From the NCBI GenBank assembly GCA_963745235.1, contig CAVUXE010000003.1, positions 64,001 through 128,000 of the forward strand: a stretch of DNA of 64,000 nt, in the 5' to 3' direction. The notes under the pieces are model-generated. The model ran no database searches and was not told the DNA's origin. It saw only the letters and a program-made list of their open reading frames with translations. This DNA comes from an uncultured Spirochaetota bacterium (GTDB lineage: Bacteria > Spirochaetota > Spirochaetia > SZUA-6 > Fen-1364). The position numbers were made by a program, and so were the translations under genes. Below, one piece after another: positions 41,959-52,831 of the stretch (positions are counted from its first letter, which is position 1; every line of letters begins with the position of its first letter).

Positions 41959-44763
41959 TCCCCAGTGTCAACGGGCAGGGTCAGGAGAACCGGCTCGAAC
42001 CCCCCATCGTAGCGCGGCGTGGTGGTCCAGATCTGCGCCTGGCCGCTTGTGGTCCAGGACTTGCCGTTCTTCGTCTGGCGGGACACGGTGTACGTGACGG
42101 TGGCGCCTTCGGGGACATCGATTTGAGCGGCAAACATGTGGGGCCGGCCTTTCGCGAGGCCCGGCTTCTCCCACACCGTGTCCTTTCCATAGGGTCGCCC
42201 TGTCTTTGCATCCGTGATCTCGATGCTGGTTCCGTATTCGCCTTTCTCGTTCTTTGCAAGCTCATCCTGGCCGGGGGACTTCTCCCCCTTCCCTTTTCCA
42301 GCGAGGGGCGACGAAGCGTACCCGGCGGTCTTCACCGGGCTTCCTATGGGCGGCCATGACACCTGCGGGGAAGCCCCGTAGAGCAGGAACGGTACGGTCA
42401 GCGCCACGGTGTCGTCCGCCGGGAGCGCGGCAGTGTAGGAAAGAAAGTGCCCTGCGCTGGTTGGGATGGCAACCTCGATCTCGATGAGCCTGTCCCGACC
42501 CAGCGAAACTCCCGCGGACCGATACTGGAAGGAAACCGCCAGATCAGGTCCGCGCTGCCTGGCGTCCACGGGGACGGAATCCTGGGAAATCGCCTGAGAA
42601 CCGCGGTACGGGCGGACTGTCACCCTGGCCGTGTTTCCGATCCGGTCCCTGCCTGCAAGAAGGGCCGCGAGCTCCCGCTTGCCGAGAACGAGGTTGCTCG
42701 CCGTGACCGCGACGTGATCCGGGCCGGCTGCCGCTGGCTGGTTGGCTGCCTGGGGAAGCGCGGCGGGCTGCGCGGGCTGGTGGACTGGCTGCTGTGCCTG
42801 CTGCTGCGCGGGCTGGTGCACTGGCTGCGCTGGTTGCTGCTTCGGCTGCTGGGCAGGCTGGGCAGGTTGTTGCGCCTGCGGCTGTGTGGGTTGCTGAGCC
42901 GGCCGTGTTGCCTGCTGGACGGCCTGCGGGAGGATTGACTGCGCGGGCTGGGCCGCCTGCGGCGCGGGCTGCACTGCCTGGGGCGCCGGCTGGGCCGCCT
43001 GCGGCGCGGGCTGCGCTGCCTGCGGCGTCGGCTGCACTGCCTGCGGCGCCGGCTGGGCCGGCAACGCCTCCCGGCTGACCTGCAGAAGGTACTGCCGCTG
43101 GAACCCGTCTTCCGCCCGGACGATGAAGACAACCGACGCCACCGTTCCGGGGACTATCGAAAGGGAATAGCTCATCTGGGCAGCTGGATTCACGACGGGC
43201 TGGCCGGCAATCTGCACCGTCGCAGACGGGCTGGCGGCGGCCACGTCCAGCCTCACGCTGTCAGCCGAAGCGGGAAGGGCCAGTGCATAGGAGCCTGCCC
43301 GGGTGGAAAACGGCGGGCTCATCACGCCTGTCGAGGCGGCAAGGGACGCCAGGTCCGAATTGTGGTCGGGAGCGGAGCGACGGACCTCAACCCGGTATCG
43401 AAGCACTCCGCCGTCCTGGGCAGTCACCGACAGGATGAGGGGGAACCTTTCCACGGCCCGCGGCATGTCCACAAGGGCACCATCCGGGGAGGTGGGATCC
43501 CCACGAGCCGCCAGCGCCCCCCGCCCGCCCGCTCCCGGCTCCCCGCCGGAAATCTGCACGGCGGCGACCCTGCTCTGTGCGTGCGCGATGACGCGAACTT
43601 GCTGCGTCGCAAATGGCACCGACATCGCATACATGATCCGGCTGGGCTGGAAGTCAGGCGAAAGCGCGCCGTTTGCAACCGCGAGGTCCGCAAGGAAGTT
43701 GTTCGTGTCTGGCGGACCGCGGCGGATGTCCAGGAGATACTGCTGCACGCTCCCGTCCTGGGCGGTGACCGCCACGACGAGCGGAAGACGGTTCACCAGG
43801 GAGAAGTCGATGGCCGCCCCCGCGGGTCCGGCGGCATCACCCGCGTACTGCAGGGGAGTTGCCTGGGCCTGCCCGTTTGCAATGGCCTCTGCCGCCACGA
43901 GCGCCATGGTGGCAAAAGGGCTCTGCGGCTGCGCATGGAGAACGAGCCGCTGCGTCTCGAACGGCACCACGACCTGGTAGCCCAGAGACGTGGGAGAAAA
44001 GCCGGGAGACAGGGGAATCCCCTGCAGGTCGAGCAGCGACAGGAACGCGTTGTTGTCCGGAGCCGCCCTGACAATCGTGACGACGTACCTGTCCCGTGTC
44101 ACACCGTCTTCCGCAACCGTTTCGATGGTCACAGGCCGCTCTCGAACGGATTGGAAATCAATGACGGCCGCCCCGGCAGAGCCGGGTGTCTCGCTGCCGT
44201 TTACGATGACGCTCTTCGCGAACCTGCTCTGGGCCTGCGCCTCTATCCGGACGCTGCCGGACGCGAAGGGCACCGCCAATCTGTATGCGTGGACGGCGGG
44301 GTTGAACACCGGCTGGAGCGTCGAGCCGACCGGGCAGGACGAGCCTGACAAGGCGAGGGTTCGTCTCCTGCTCCCGGACCACCACGCGGTAGCGCCACGG
44401 CTGCTTCTCCCCCGGGACCTCGATGGAGTAGATGACGGGGACGGAGAAGTCGTTCGGAGTTATTCCGTTCTGCTGCACCACCCGGGTCCCGCTGGAGATG
44501 ACGGTAATGGTCGCCTCCGCGTTCAAAGACAGCTTCGCCACCAGCGAATGCACGTTCGTCCCCGGAGCAACGACGAAGAAGACTTCCTTGGGCTCAACCG
44601 TGACGTTGAGCGCGCCCGGGAGGTCACCCGAAAGGGAGGGATTCGACGCGGCGGGAAGAACGAAGGAATCAACCGGGCCGTGCCCCCGCGCCCCGCTGGC
44701 GCAGGAGAGGAGCCCGGCGAGCACGGATACCGACGCCAGGGCAACCAGGATCAGCTTCTTCAC
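41955..44763 (-). CDS. Lipoprotein with tandem cadherin-like beta-sandwich domains and a Gln/Pro/Ala linker; +1 indel near 44332
   Basis: Lipobox LLSC; four repeats with L.P.F.P and A(Q/E)DG..Y motifs; removing one C in CTGCCCGGTC joins the two ORFs. Confidence 0.8.
42735..43065 (-). repeat. Intragenic 21-nt tandem repeats encoding (PQAAQPA)n plus degenerate QQPAQ units
   Basis: About 5 near-identical 7-aa units followed by Gln/Pro-rich variants. Confidence 0.85.
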
Positions 44764-44790
44764 GATGTCCTCCCTTTTGGATGAATTGTA

Positions 44791-45456
44791 TCACTGCAGA
44801 AGAGTTTCGCTCAGGCGCCGAATGCTGTCCGCGCCAAGGTCGATGTCCGCGGGGAGAAGCCTGTCGATGAGCAGGCCCGCCCAACCGTGGACCTCGGCCC
44901 AGAGGGAAAGCACCAGCGCCGTGGTCTCCTGTGAGGGTCGCCACCCGCGCCCTCGCGCCTCTTCCACCGCACGCACAAGGCAGGCGAGCGCCCTGGCGCT
45001 GTTGATCCGGCAGCTTTCAGAGTGAAGGCTGAAACCAAGGGGAGAGAACATGAGCCTGTACAACGCCGGCCGGGACTGGGCAAACCGCAGGTAGGCGCGA
45101 AACAGGCGATGCACCCCGGCGGCGGCCCCCTCCGCGCCGAGGCCGGACCCATCTCCGCCTCCCGCATTGCTGGCCCCCGAGGTCCCGTCCGTCTCCGCTG
45201 GAGTGCGGTCACCGGCACCCGGCACCACCTCTTCCAGGGAATCAGCGAGCATCCTGAAGCCCTCTGCCGCCAGCGTTGCGAGCAGCTCACGCTTGTCGGC
45301 AAAGTGCCTGTACGGCGCGGTCTTCGAGACGCCGGCGGAAGAGGCGAGCGCGCGAAGGCTTACCCCTTCGAGCCCCTCCCTTTCCAGCACCTGGAAGGCC
45401 TCATCGATGAGCGCTTTCCGCAGCGCTCCATGGTGGTAGGGTTTCCTGGTTCTCAC
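44791..45456 (-). CDS. TetR/AcrR family regulator (WHG-type C-terminal domain)
   Basis: YHHGALR, VSLRALASSAGVSKTAPYRHF, WAEVHG; GTG start 7 nt after a TTGACC-N17-TAACTT promoter. Confidence 0.9.
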   Translation of the reverse strand: MRTRKPYHHGALRKALIDEAFQVLEREGLEGVSLRALASSAGVSKTAPYRHFADKRELLATLAAEGFRMLADSLEEVVPGAGDRTPAETDGTSGASNAGGGDGSGLGAEGAAAGVHRLFRAYLRFAQSRPALYRLMFSPLGFSLHSESCRINSARALACLVRAVEEARGRGWRPSQETTALVLSLWAEVHGWAGLLIDRLLPADIDLGADSIRRLSETLLQ

Positions 45457-45482
45457 CAGGTGGAAGTTACACCGCGTGTGAA

Positions 45483-45566
45483 AAGTGGTCAATGCCAACA
45501 ATTTATGTTGACGATGCTTACATCCTGGGTCATCTTGAACCCTGACAATATTGGCATCGCCAACAT
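45483..45566. promoter_or_regulatory. Three 19-bp operator-like dyads between the divergent tetR and epimerase genes
   Basis: AAGTGGTCAATGCCAACAA (45483), ATGTTGACGATGCTTACAT (45505), ATATTGGCATCGCCAACAT (45548). Confidence 0.65.
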
Positions 45567-45577
45567 AGGAGGACGGT

Positions 45578-46592
45578 ATGAGTGAAGGTCTCCAGGTAGT
45601 CTTTGGGACGGGGCCCGTTGGATGCGCAACGGCTGGCCGCCTGCTGGACAAAGGATTGCGCGTCCGGATGGTCAACCGAAGCGGCAGGCGTCCCTCTTTT
45701 TTCGCGCCGCGCTCCCCGGAGCAGGAAACGCGGCTTTCGGTCGCGGCCTGTGATGCAATGGATGAATCGGCTGTTCGCGCCGCGGCCGCGGGGGCGTCTC
45801 ACCTCTACAACTGCGCCCACGCGCCCTATCACCAGTGGGAGGCCGTCCTGCCGGTCCTCTATTCCAACCTGGAAAAAGCGGCCCTCGAGCAGAATGCCGT
45901 TTTCGCGGCTGCTCAGAACCTCTACATGTACGCGCGCGGCCTGGCAGTGATCAATGAACAGGCACGCGTGGATCCGCCGTCACGCAAGGGCCGGCTCGAT
46001 ACAGTCATTGCACGAAAGCCTCGAATCAGCCGGTGCCCGGGACGGCCTTCGGTGGACAACCGTCCGCGCTTCGGACTTCTACGGTCCGGGGGCCACCGAG
46101 CAGAGCCTGTTCGGGACACTCCGGTTCCTGGATCCACTGTTCGCGGGCAGGTCACCCATGCTCATCGGTGACATCGACCAGCCCCATACATTCACCTGCG
46201 TTGAAGACTACGGCGGCGCCCTTGCCACCGCGGCCCTCTCCCCCCAGGCCCTGGGCCGGGCGTGGATCGTTCCCAACGACCGCACGCTCACCACGCGCGA
46301 GGTCGCCGGGCTCTTTCTCTCCGCGGCGCGTCTCGACACGGGCCGCACACCGCGGATCCACACGGTCCCGCGCGCGGGCATAGCCCTCGCCGGGCTGTTC
46401 AATCCCGTGATCCACGAGGTCGTGGAGATGCTGTATCAAAAGGAGGAGCCGTATGTCGTGGACGGCAGCCGGTTCCGTGACGCGTTCGGATTCAGGCCGA
46501 CACCGCTGGAGGAGGGAGTGCGGAGCACCATCGAATGGTACAAGGCCATGAAAGCCAGCACCGCGAAAGCCGGGAGGAAGCTCGGGGGTTGA
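45578..46592 (+). CDS. NAD-dependent epimerase/dehydratase (atypical SDR), +1 indel near 45998
   Basis: VFGTGPVG, NLYMY, RASDFYGPG, EMLYQ. Confidence 0.85.
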
Positions 46593-46593
46593 G

Positions 46594-48129
46594 CTACGCC
46601 TGCAGGAAAGGGATGCTCACCGTGAACACGCTGCCCGCCCCAGGGGCGGACTCCACGGCAACCGTGCCCTGATGCAGCTCGGCGAGGCGCTTGACGAGGC
46701 TCAGGCCCAGGCCCGTGCCGGGGATGCTCGCGGTGAGCTCGTTCCTCGCGCGGTAGAACTCTTCGAAGACTTTCGCTTTTTCCGCGGGCGACATCCCGAT
46801 GCCGTCATCTCTCACGCTGACCGTCGCATAGATCCCCGCGCAACCCATGCTCACCTCGACGCGACCGCCCTCCCGGCCGTACTTGATGGCATTCTCCACG
46901 AGGTTGGAGAACACGATGGAGAGAGCCTCCCTGTCCGCAAGCACCAACGGGGCCGGCCCGCAGGGTGTCGGGGCATCGCAGACGGACACGGTTATCCGCT
47001 TTTCCGCGGCACGCTCGGCATAGGCTGCCGCGACGTCCTTGAGGATTGCTCCCATGTCCACAGGCGTGCGCTTCAGAGTGAAGTTCCCGGTCTGAATGGC
47101 CGTGAGGTTCAGAAGCTCATTCACCATTCCGCGCAGGGTCCGCACCCGCAGGAGTGACCTCTGGATCATGTGGCGCTCTTCCTCGGGGTTTTTCACGAGC
47201 ATTCCGCTCAGGATGAGGTTGAGCCAGCCTTCCGTGGCCGCCAGGGGGCTCTTCACCTCATGGGCAACCATGGAGACGAACATTGACTTCGCGGTCTCCA
47301 GCTTCTTGAGAGCGGTGATGTCGCTGAACACGGCCACGGCGCCGCTGGTCACCCCGCCCGGCTCGATCACGGGGCTTGCGTTCACCATGTATGTTTCCTT
47401 GCCGAGGGGGATCTCCCGGGAAAGGATCATGGGGCCGCCGGGGGAATCGATGATCAGCTGGAGGATCTCCTGGACGTCCGTATTGTGGATCTCCGCGAGG
47501 GGGAACGGGATCTCGTTTCTCGCGCACTGCGACAGGATGCGGGCCGCGGCGTCGTTTCGCAGCACGACCAGCTTTTCCATGTTGACTACCAGGATCCCGT
47601 CTGTCATGCAGGTGATGATGGTGTTGCTCTTGGAGCGCTCGGAGGCGAGCTCCAGGAGGCGCTTTTCCCTTTCCGCCAGGAGGCGCTTGGCGCTCAGCGT
47701 CAGGGCCCTTTTCTCCAGGCCGTTCTTGATTGCGAGGAGAAGCTCGTCCGCGGTGAACGGCTTGGGGATGAAGCTGTATGCGCCCTGGCGCGTCCCCTCC
47801 ACCGCTGTGTCGATAGTGGCATGTGCCGTGATGATGATGCAGACGATATCCTCATCACGCGCACGCACCTCGCGCATCAGCTCCAGGCCCGACATTCGCG
47901 GCATCTGCAGGTCTACCAGGAGGACGCTGAAAGGTCCTCTTTCCAGGAACTGCTCCAGCCCCGCCTTGCCGTCGCCCGCGGTGATGACGTCGTACCCTTC
48001 GGAGGAAAGGATCTTCCGGCAGCCCTCGCGGACCCCGAGCTCGTCATCCACCACCAGGATGCGCTCGGAGGCTTCTGCGCCCACGGGTTTTGCGCTCACC
48101 GGTTCTCCGCTCACTGGTTCCCCAGTCAC
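46594..48129 (-). CDS. Receiver-PAS-histidine kinase
   Basis: ILVVDDE..VDLQMP..KPF; AHEVKSPL; NLVENAIKY; GTGLGL. Confidence 0.92.
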   Translation of the reverse strand: MTGEPVSGEPVSAKPVGAEASERILVVDDELGVREGCRKILSSEGYDVITAGDGKAGLEQFLERGPFSVLLVDLQMPRMSGLELMREVRARDEDIVCIIITAHATIDTAVEGTRQGAYSFIPKPFTADELLLAIKNGLEKRALTLSAKRLLAEREKRLLELASERSKSNTIITCMTDGILVVNMEKLVVLRNDAAARILSQCARNEIPFPLAEIHNTDVQEILQLIIDSPGGPMILSREIPLGKETYMVNASPVIEPGGVTSGAVAVFSDITALKKLETAKSMFVSMVAHEVKSPLAATEGWLNLILSGMLVKNPEEERHMIQRSLLRVRTLRGMVNELLNLTAIQTGNFTLKRTPVDMGAILKDVAAAYAERAAEKRITVSVCDAPTPCGPAPLVLADREALSIVFSNLVENAIKYGREGGRVEVSMGCAGIYATVSVRDDGIGMSPAEKAKVFEEFYRARNELTASIPGTGLGLSLVKRLAELHQGTVAVESAPGAGSVFTVSIPFLQA

Positions 48130-48575
48130 CGCAGGAGCTCTTCAGCCTTTGCCAGCAGCGCCTGCGGGGAGACCGGCTTGTCGAAGAACGCATCCGCATG
48201 CATGGCCGCCAGGTCCTCCGCGGTCCGCGGATGAAAGTCGAAGCCCTTCTGGCTGGAGATGGCGGAGACAATGATGATCGGGGTGCCCGCGAAGCGCGGG
48301 TCGGTCTTCACCGCGCGCGCAAACGAGAAGCCGGAATCAAGGGCTTTCATCATCACGTCGCAGACAACAAGCGTCCGCCGGGCTCCCGTCTGCCCGGCGC
48401 CGAGGGCCGCCAGCGCCGACTGCGGATCGCAGTGGCAGGCCACCTGGTAGCCCCGTGCTTCGAAGATCCTCCGCTCCAGCTCAAGGAAGTCGGTGTCATC
48501 GTCCAGGAGAAGGATCAGCGCGCCTTGCGGCGCGGCGCCCCCTGTTCCGGCGCCTTGCTGGCCGGCCGGGTGCAT
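48126..48575 (-). CDS. Stand-alone response regulator receiver
   Basis: LLDDD, VCDVMM, VSA, DKP. Confidence 0.88.
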   Translation of the reverse strand: MHPAGQQGAGTGGAAPQGALILLLDDDTDFLELERRIFEARGYQVACHCDPQSALAALGAGQTGARRTLVVCDVMMKALDSGFSFARAVKTDPRFAGTPIIIVSAISSQKGFDFHPRTAEDLAAMHADAFFDKPVSPQALLAKAEELLR

Positions 48576-48967
48576 CAGGGCTCCCTTCCAAGGGCCTTGT
48601 TGACCATGGCAAGGAGCAGCTGGGGGTCCACCGGCTTTTCCAGCAGTGCATCAACGGGGAGCCACGTGTGATCCGGTTCCAGTCGGAACGGGATGGAATC
48701 ATTCACCGAGGTGATCATGACGAGGGGAATGGTGCGCGTGATCTCGGAGTTCCGAAGCTCCCGAGAGACGTCGAAGCCGTCGTTGGGGCTTTCCATCACC
48801 ATGTCCAGGATGATGAGGTCCGGACGTTTCCTCTCCACCTCGTCCAGGCACTGCTTTCCATTGAAGGCCACCCGCACCGTGTAGCCGTTTTCCGTCAGGA
48901 GGGCCCGGTTCATCTCCACGAAATCCGCGTCATCGTCCACAAGAAGCACCGTCTTATCCCACCCCAT
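48575..48967 (-). CDS. Stand-alone response regulator receiver
   Basis: LVDDD, ILDMVM, ITS, EKP; GGAGGAG RBS. Confidence 0.9.
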   Translation of the reverse strand: MGWDKTVLLVDDDADFVEMNRALLTENGYTVRVAFNGKQCLDEVERKRPDLIILDMVMESPNDGFDVSRELRNSEITRTIPLVMITSVNDSIPFRLEPDHTWLPVDALLEKPVDPQLLLAMVNKALGREP

Positions 48968-50966
48968 GGATCTCCTCCCTGGTCCTGTCGCCAACGGGGA
49001 TGCGCACGTGGAAGGTTGTACCCTTTCCCACCTCGCTGTCCACCGTGATGTCTCCCGCATGCATCTTCACGACCCCGTACACGATGGACAGCCCCATGCC
49101 GCTGCCTTTGCCCAGCTGCTTCGTCGTGTAGAAGGGAGTGAAGATGTCCTTGAGCGTTTCCTGCGGCATCCCGCTGCCCGTGTCCCTCACGCGGAGCACG
49201 GCGAGGTCACCGGATTCCGAGAGGCCGACGCTGACCACCACCTCGCCGCCCGCCTCCCCGTTGATCGCGTCGATGCCGTTCTGCACGAGGTTCACGAGCA
49301 TCTGGCGGATCTGCTCTCCGTCCGCGCTGACCCGGGGCATTGCCTCCTGGACCTCTGCCCGCACCCGCGTCCCGCTGTCGGCAAGTTTCATGTTCATGGA
49401 ATCAGCGATGTCATGGGCAATGAGCCCCAGGTCAGTTGGGGTCTTCACCACCCGCGACTGTCGGGCGAAATCCAGGAGGCCGCGCATGATGGACCTGCAC
49501 CGGTTTGCCTCGTTCACGATCATCTGGATGTCCTCCGACTCCGCATCCCCCTCGCGGTGGGCCTTCAGGAGCATGTGGGAGTACAGGAGAATGGTGGAAA
49601 GCGGGTTGTTGATCTCGTGGGCCACCCCCGCGGAGATCTGGCCCATGGAAGCGAGGCGCTCCGTCTGGACCAGCCTGTCCTGCGTGGCCTGGTGGGACTT
49701 CTGGAGCACCGCGAGGGTCATCTCCAGCTCTTCCACCAGGTAGGGAAGGCACATGCTCACCTCGGCAATCCCCTGGCACACGGCAATGGCCTTCTCCCTG
49801 CAGGACGGGTAGCCGCATGACCCGCAATCCAGCTGGTCCTCGGGCCCGAACTTGCGCATGAGGCGCAGCGTGGCTTCAATGTCCTGCTCGGCCGGCTGCG
49901 GCAGGACCACCGCGTCCTCCGCGAACTCCCTGCGCAGGTCGATGTCGGCAAACTCCGCAATTGTCTCCCCCATGTCGCGGCTGGGCTGGCTCTCGTTCCG
50001 CGCATGGATGTAGTCCGTGAGCATCTCCCTGCGCGCCACGGCGCCCATGGTCCCCGGCATCCGGGGCCCGTTCAGACAGCCTTCGCAGAAAAGGACGTCG
50101 AACATGCGCGCCTTGCTCCTGCCTTCGGCCAGCTCCCTCAGCGCGGAGATGACCCGGTCCTTCCCCTCGGTGACGACGACGGTGTTCTGCAGGATGTCAG
50201 CGTCGAATCCGGCGGCGCGAAGAAGGCCTCCGGAGAGCGGGATGGACCGACCGAGGTACGACGCCGGACCGTCGAAGTCCGACGGCGGGAACGACGTCGG
50301 GTCCACGGCTGCCGTCCGCCACAGGGCGGAAAGCTCCTCATAGGTCAGCACCGCGTCCACGGTCCCTTGAACGAACCTGTCCCGTATTTCCGCCTTCTTG
50401 GCGATACAGGGACCGACGAATACCACCCGCACTCCCGCCCCGAACCTCCGCTTGATTGCGCGCGCGGTCGCGATCATGGGGGAGACGATGGGAGCCAGCG
50501 CGCCGTGCAGGGAAGGCAGGTATTTCTGGACGTAGGACACGATGGCGGGGCACGGGGTGCTCACCACGGGCTGGCTTGCCCTGATGGCCTGGCGAGCCAG
50601 GATGGCGTACTCCTGGCTGATCAGCTCCGCCCCGAATGCCACTTCCCAGACCTGGGAGACTCCCAGGGCTCGCACCGCGGACACGATCCTGCCCGGCTCG
50701 ATTCCCGCGAATGCCACCGGGAACGAAGGGGCGAGACAGGCAAACACCCGCTCGCCCGCTTCCAGCATCCTGGCAACCGCCATGGAGGAGTCTTCGATCC
50801 TTTTCGCCTTCTGCGTGCAGACTTTCACGCAGTTGCCGCAGGCGATGCATTGCTCCGCGATCACCGTGGCCTGCCCGGAGATGACCTTGATTGCCTTTGC
50901 CGGGCATTCCCGCACGCAGGTGTAGCAGCGGCGGCACTTCTCGGGAATTGTCGAGACTATCCCCAT
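48954..50966 (-). CDS. Sensory [FeFe]-hydrogenase (group C1-like) fused to a histidine kinase
   Basis: 2x[4Fe-4S]; H-domain motifs STPCPA, GPCIAKKAE, LFCEGCLNG; DCGSCGYPSC FeS domain; AHEINNPL and HATPase. Confidence 0.9.
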   Translation of the reverse strand: MGIVSTIPEKCRRCYTCVRECPAKAIKVISGQATVIAEQCIACGNCVKVCTQKAKRIEDSSMAVARMLEAGERVFACLAPSFPVAFAGIEPGRIVSAVRALGVSQVWEVAFGAELISQEYAILARQAIRASQPVVSTPCPAIVSYVQKYLPSLHGALAPIVSPMIATARAIKRRFGAGVRVVFVGPCIAKKAEIRDRFVQGTVDAVLTYEELSALWRTAAVDPTSFPPSDFDGPASYLGRSIPLSGGLLRAAGFDADILQNTVVVTEGKDRVISALRELAEGRSKARMFDVLFCEGCLNGPRMPGTMGAVARREMLTDYIHARNESQPSRDMGETIAEFADIDLRREFAEDAVVLPQPAEQDIEATLRLMRKFGPEDQLDCGSCGYPSCREKAIAVCQGIAEVSMCLPYLVEELEMTLAVLQKSHQATQDRLVQTERLASMGQISAGVAHEINNPLSTILLYSHMLLKAHREGDAESEDIQMIVNEANRCRSIMRGLLDFARQSRVVKTPTDLGLIAHDIADSMNMKLADSGTRVRAEVQEAMPRVSADGEQIRQMLVNLVQNGIDAINGEAGGEVVVSVGLSESGDLAVLRVRDTGSGMPQETLKDIFTPFYTTKQLGKGSGMGLSIVYGVVKMHAGDITVDSEVGKGTTFHVRIPVGDRTREEIHGVG

Positions 50967-51059
50967 ATGCCCACCGCAGCGGCAGCCTCTTTCTTCACTG
51001 CCGTCACAAACGGTCCCAACCCTTGCCAGCTACACATGCGCACCCTCGCGGTGCCTTTC

Positions 51060-52830
51060 CTACACCCGCTCCCTCGCGACGTACTTCGTGTGGAGCAGAT
51101 GGTGGGATTTCTCCCCGAGGGGCTTGTGAAGGTATTGATCGTAGATTGCCTTCACCTCGGGGTTGTTGTGAGACTTGCGGATGGGTTTCCCCTCGTCCTC
51201 CTTGTAGATGGCGGCGATCCGGGCTTTGCGCACGTCATCCGTAGTGAGCCGCGGCTGACCGCCGCCGCCGATGCACCCACCCGGGCACGTCATGACCTCG
51301 ATGAAGTGATATTGCTCGCCGGAGTGAATCCGCTCGATGAGCTTCCGGGCGTTCCCCAGGCCGTGCGCCACGCCGACACGCACCGTCACGCCCTCCAGGA
51401 AGGACCATTCGGGCACGGTTCCTTCGATCTTCACTGCGGCTTCCTTGATCCCCTGCAGCCCGGCGATGGGAGCAATGTGCAGGTTCTCGAAAGGCAGGGT
51501 CCTTCCGGTCACGATCTCGTACACGGTTCGCAGGGCAGCTTCCATCACGCCGCCGGTGTTGGCGAAGATGTCCGCCGCTCCCGACGACGCGCCCAGGATG
51601 CTGTCCATGGCGCCATCCGGCAGGCTCGTGAAATCTATCCCGGCCTGCTTGATCATACGCCCCAGCTCACGGGTGGTGAGGACCACGTCAACGTCACGCG
51701 CGCCGCTCGCGCACATCTCGGGCCTCTGGGACTCGTACTTCTTGGCCGTGCAGGGCATGATCGAGACCACGAACATGTCTTCGGGTTTCTTCCCGATCTT
51801 CTCTGCAAAGTAGGTCTTTGCCACGGCGCCGAACATCTGCTGCGGAGACTTGCACGTCGAGATGTTCGGCAGGATGTCGGGCCAGAAGTGCTCCGCGTAC
51901 CTGATCCACCCGGGCGAGCAGCTGGTGAACATGGGAAGCGCCACCTGCTTCTTGTCCACGAGCGCTCCCTTGAGGCGCGTCAGCAGCTCCGTTCCTTCCT
52001 CGATAATGGTCAGGTCCGCGGTGAAGTTCGTGTCGAACACCCGGTCGAACCCCATCTGCCGGAGCGCGGTGACCATCTTGCCCGTGACGAGCGTTCCCGG
52101 CGCATAGCCGAAGCACTCACCCAGGGCGGCCCGGATGGCGGGAGCGGTCTGAACCACCACGGTCTTCTTCGGGTCGTCCAATGCCTCCCACACGCTGGCA
52201 ATCTCGTCGCGCTCGCTGATTGCGCCCACGGGGCACACGGCGGCGCACTGTCCGCATTGCACGCAGACCACCTCGGAGAGCGGCTGCGCGAACGCCGGGG
52301 CGATCATGGCCTTGAAGCCCCTCCCCTGCGGGAAGATGGCCCCCACTCCCTGCGTCTCCCCGCACACCGTGACGCAGCGCCGGCAGGACACGCACTTGGC
52401 GGTGTCACGCACGAGCGCCGGAGTGCTCAGCGTCGGTCATGCGCCTGCTCTTCGCTCCGGCGAAGGTGACCTGGCGGATGCCCAGGTCACTCGCAATGGC
52501 CTGCAGCTCGCAGTCGACGTTGCGGTCGCAGGTCTGGCAGTCCCCTTCGTGGTCGGAGAGGATGAGCTCAACCACGGTTCGCCGCGCGTTCCTGGCCCGG
52601 GGAGAGTTGGTTTGCACCTCCATTCCCTCCGCCGCCATGGTCACGCAGGAGGGCATCAAGGTCTTTGCGCCTTTCACCTCCACCAGGCACACGCGGCAGC
52701 TCCCGATGGCCTGCACGCTCTTGAGGTAGCACAGGGACGGGATCTTGATCCCCGCCAGCCGGGCGGCTTCCAGCAGGTTCGTCCCGGCCGGGACCTGGAT
52801 CTTCCTGTTGTCGATGGTCAAAGCTGGCAT
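51060..52830 (-). CDS. hydA: Group A [FeFe]-hydrogenase catalytic subunit (HydA/HndD), +1 indel near 52430
   Basis: [2Fe-2S], His-ligated and 2x[4Fe-4S] motifs; FTSCSPGW, MPCTAKKYE, EVMTCPGGCIGGGGQP. Confidence 0.95.
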
Positions 52831-52831
52831 G

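Noticed and set aside
42735-43065. Tandem repeats as a CRISPR array
   Set aside because: No unique spacers, in-frame coding periodicity and no cas genes
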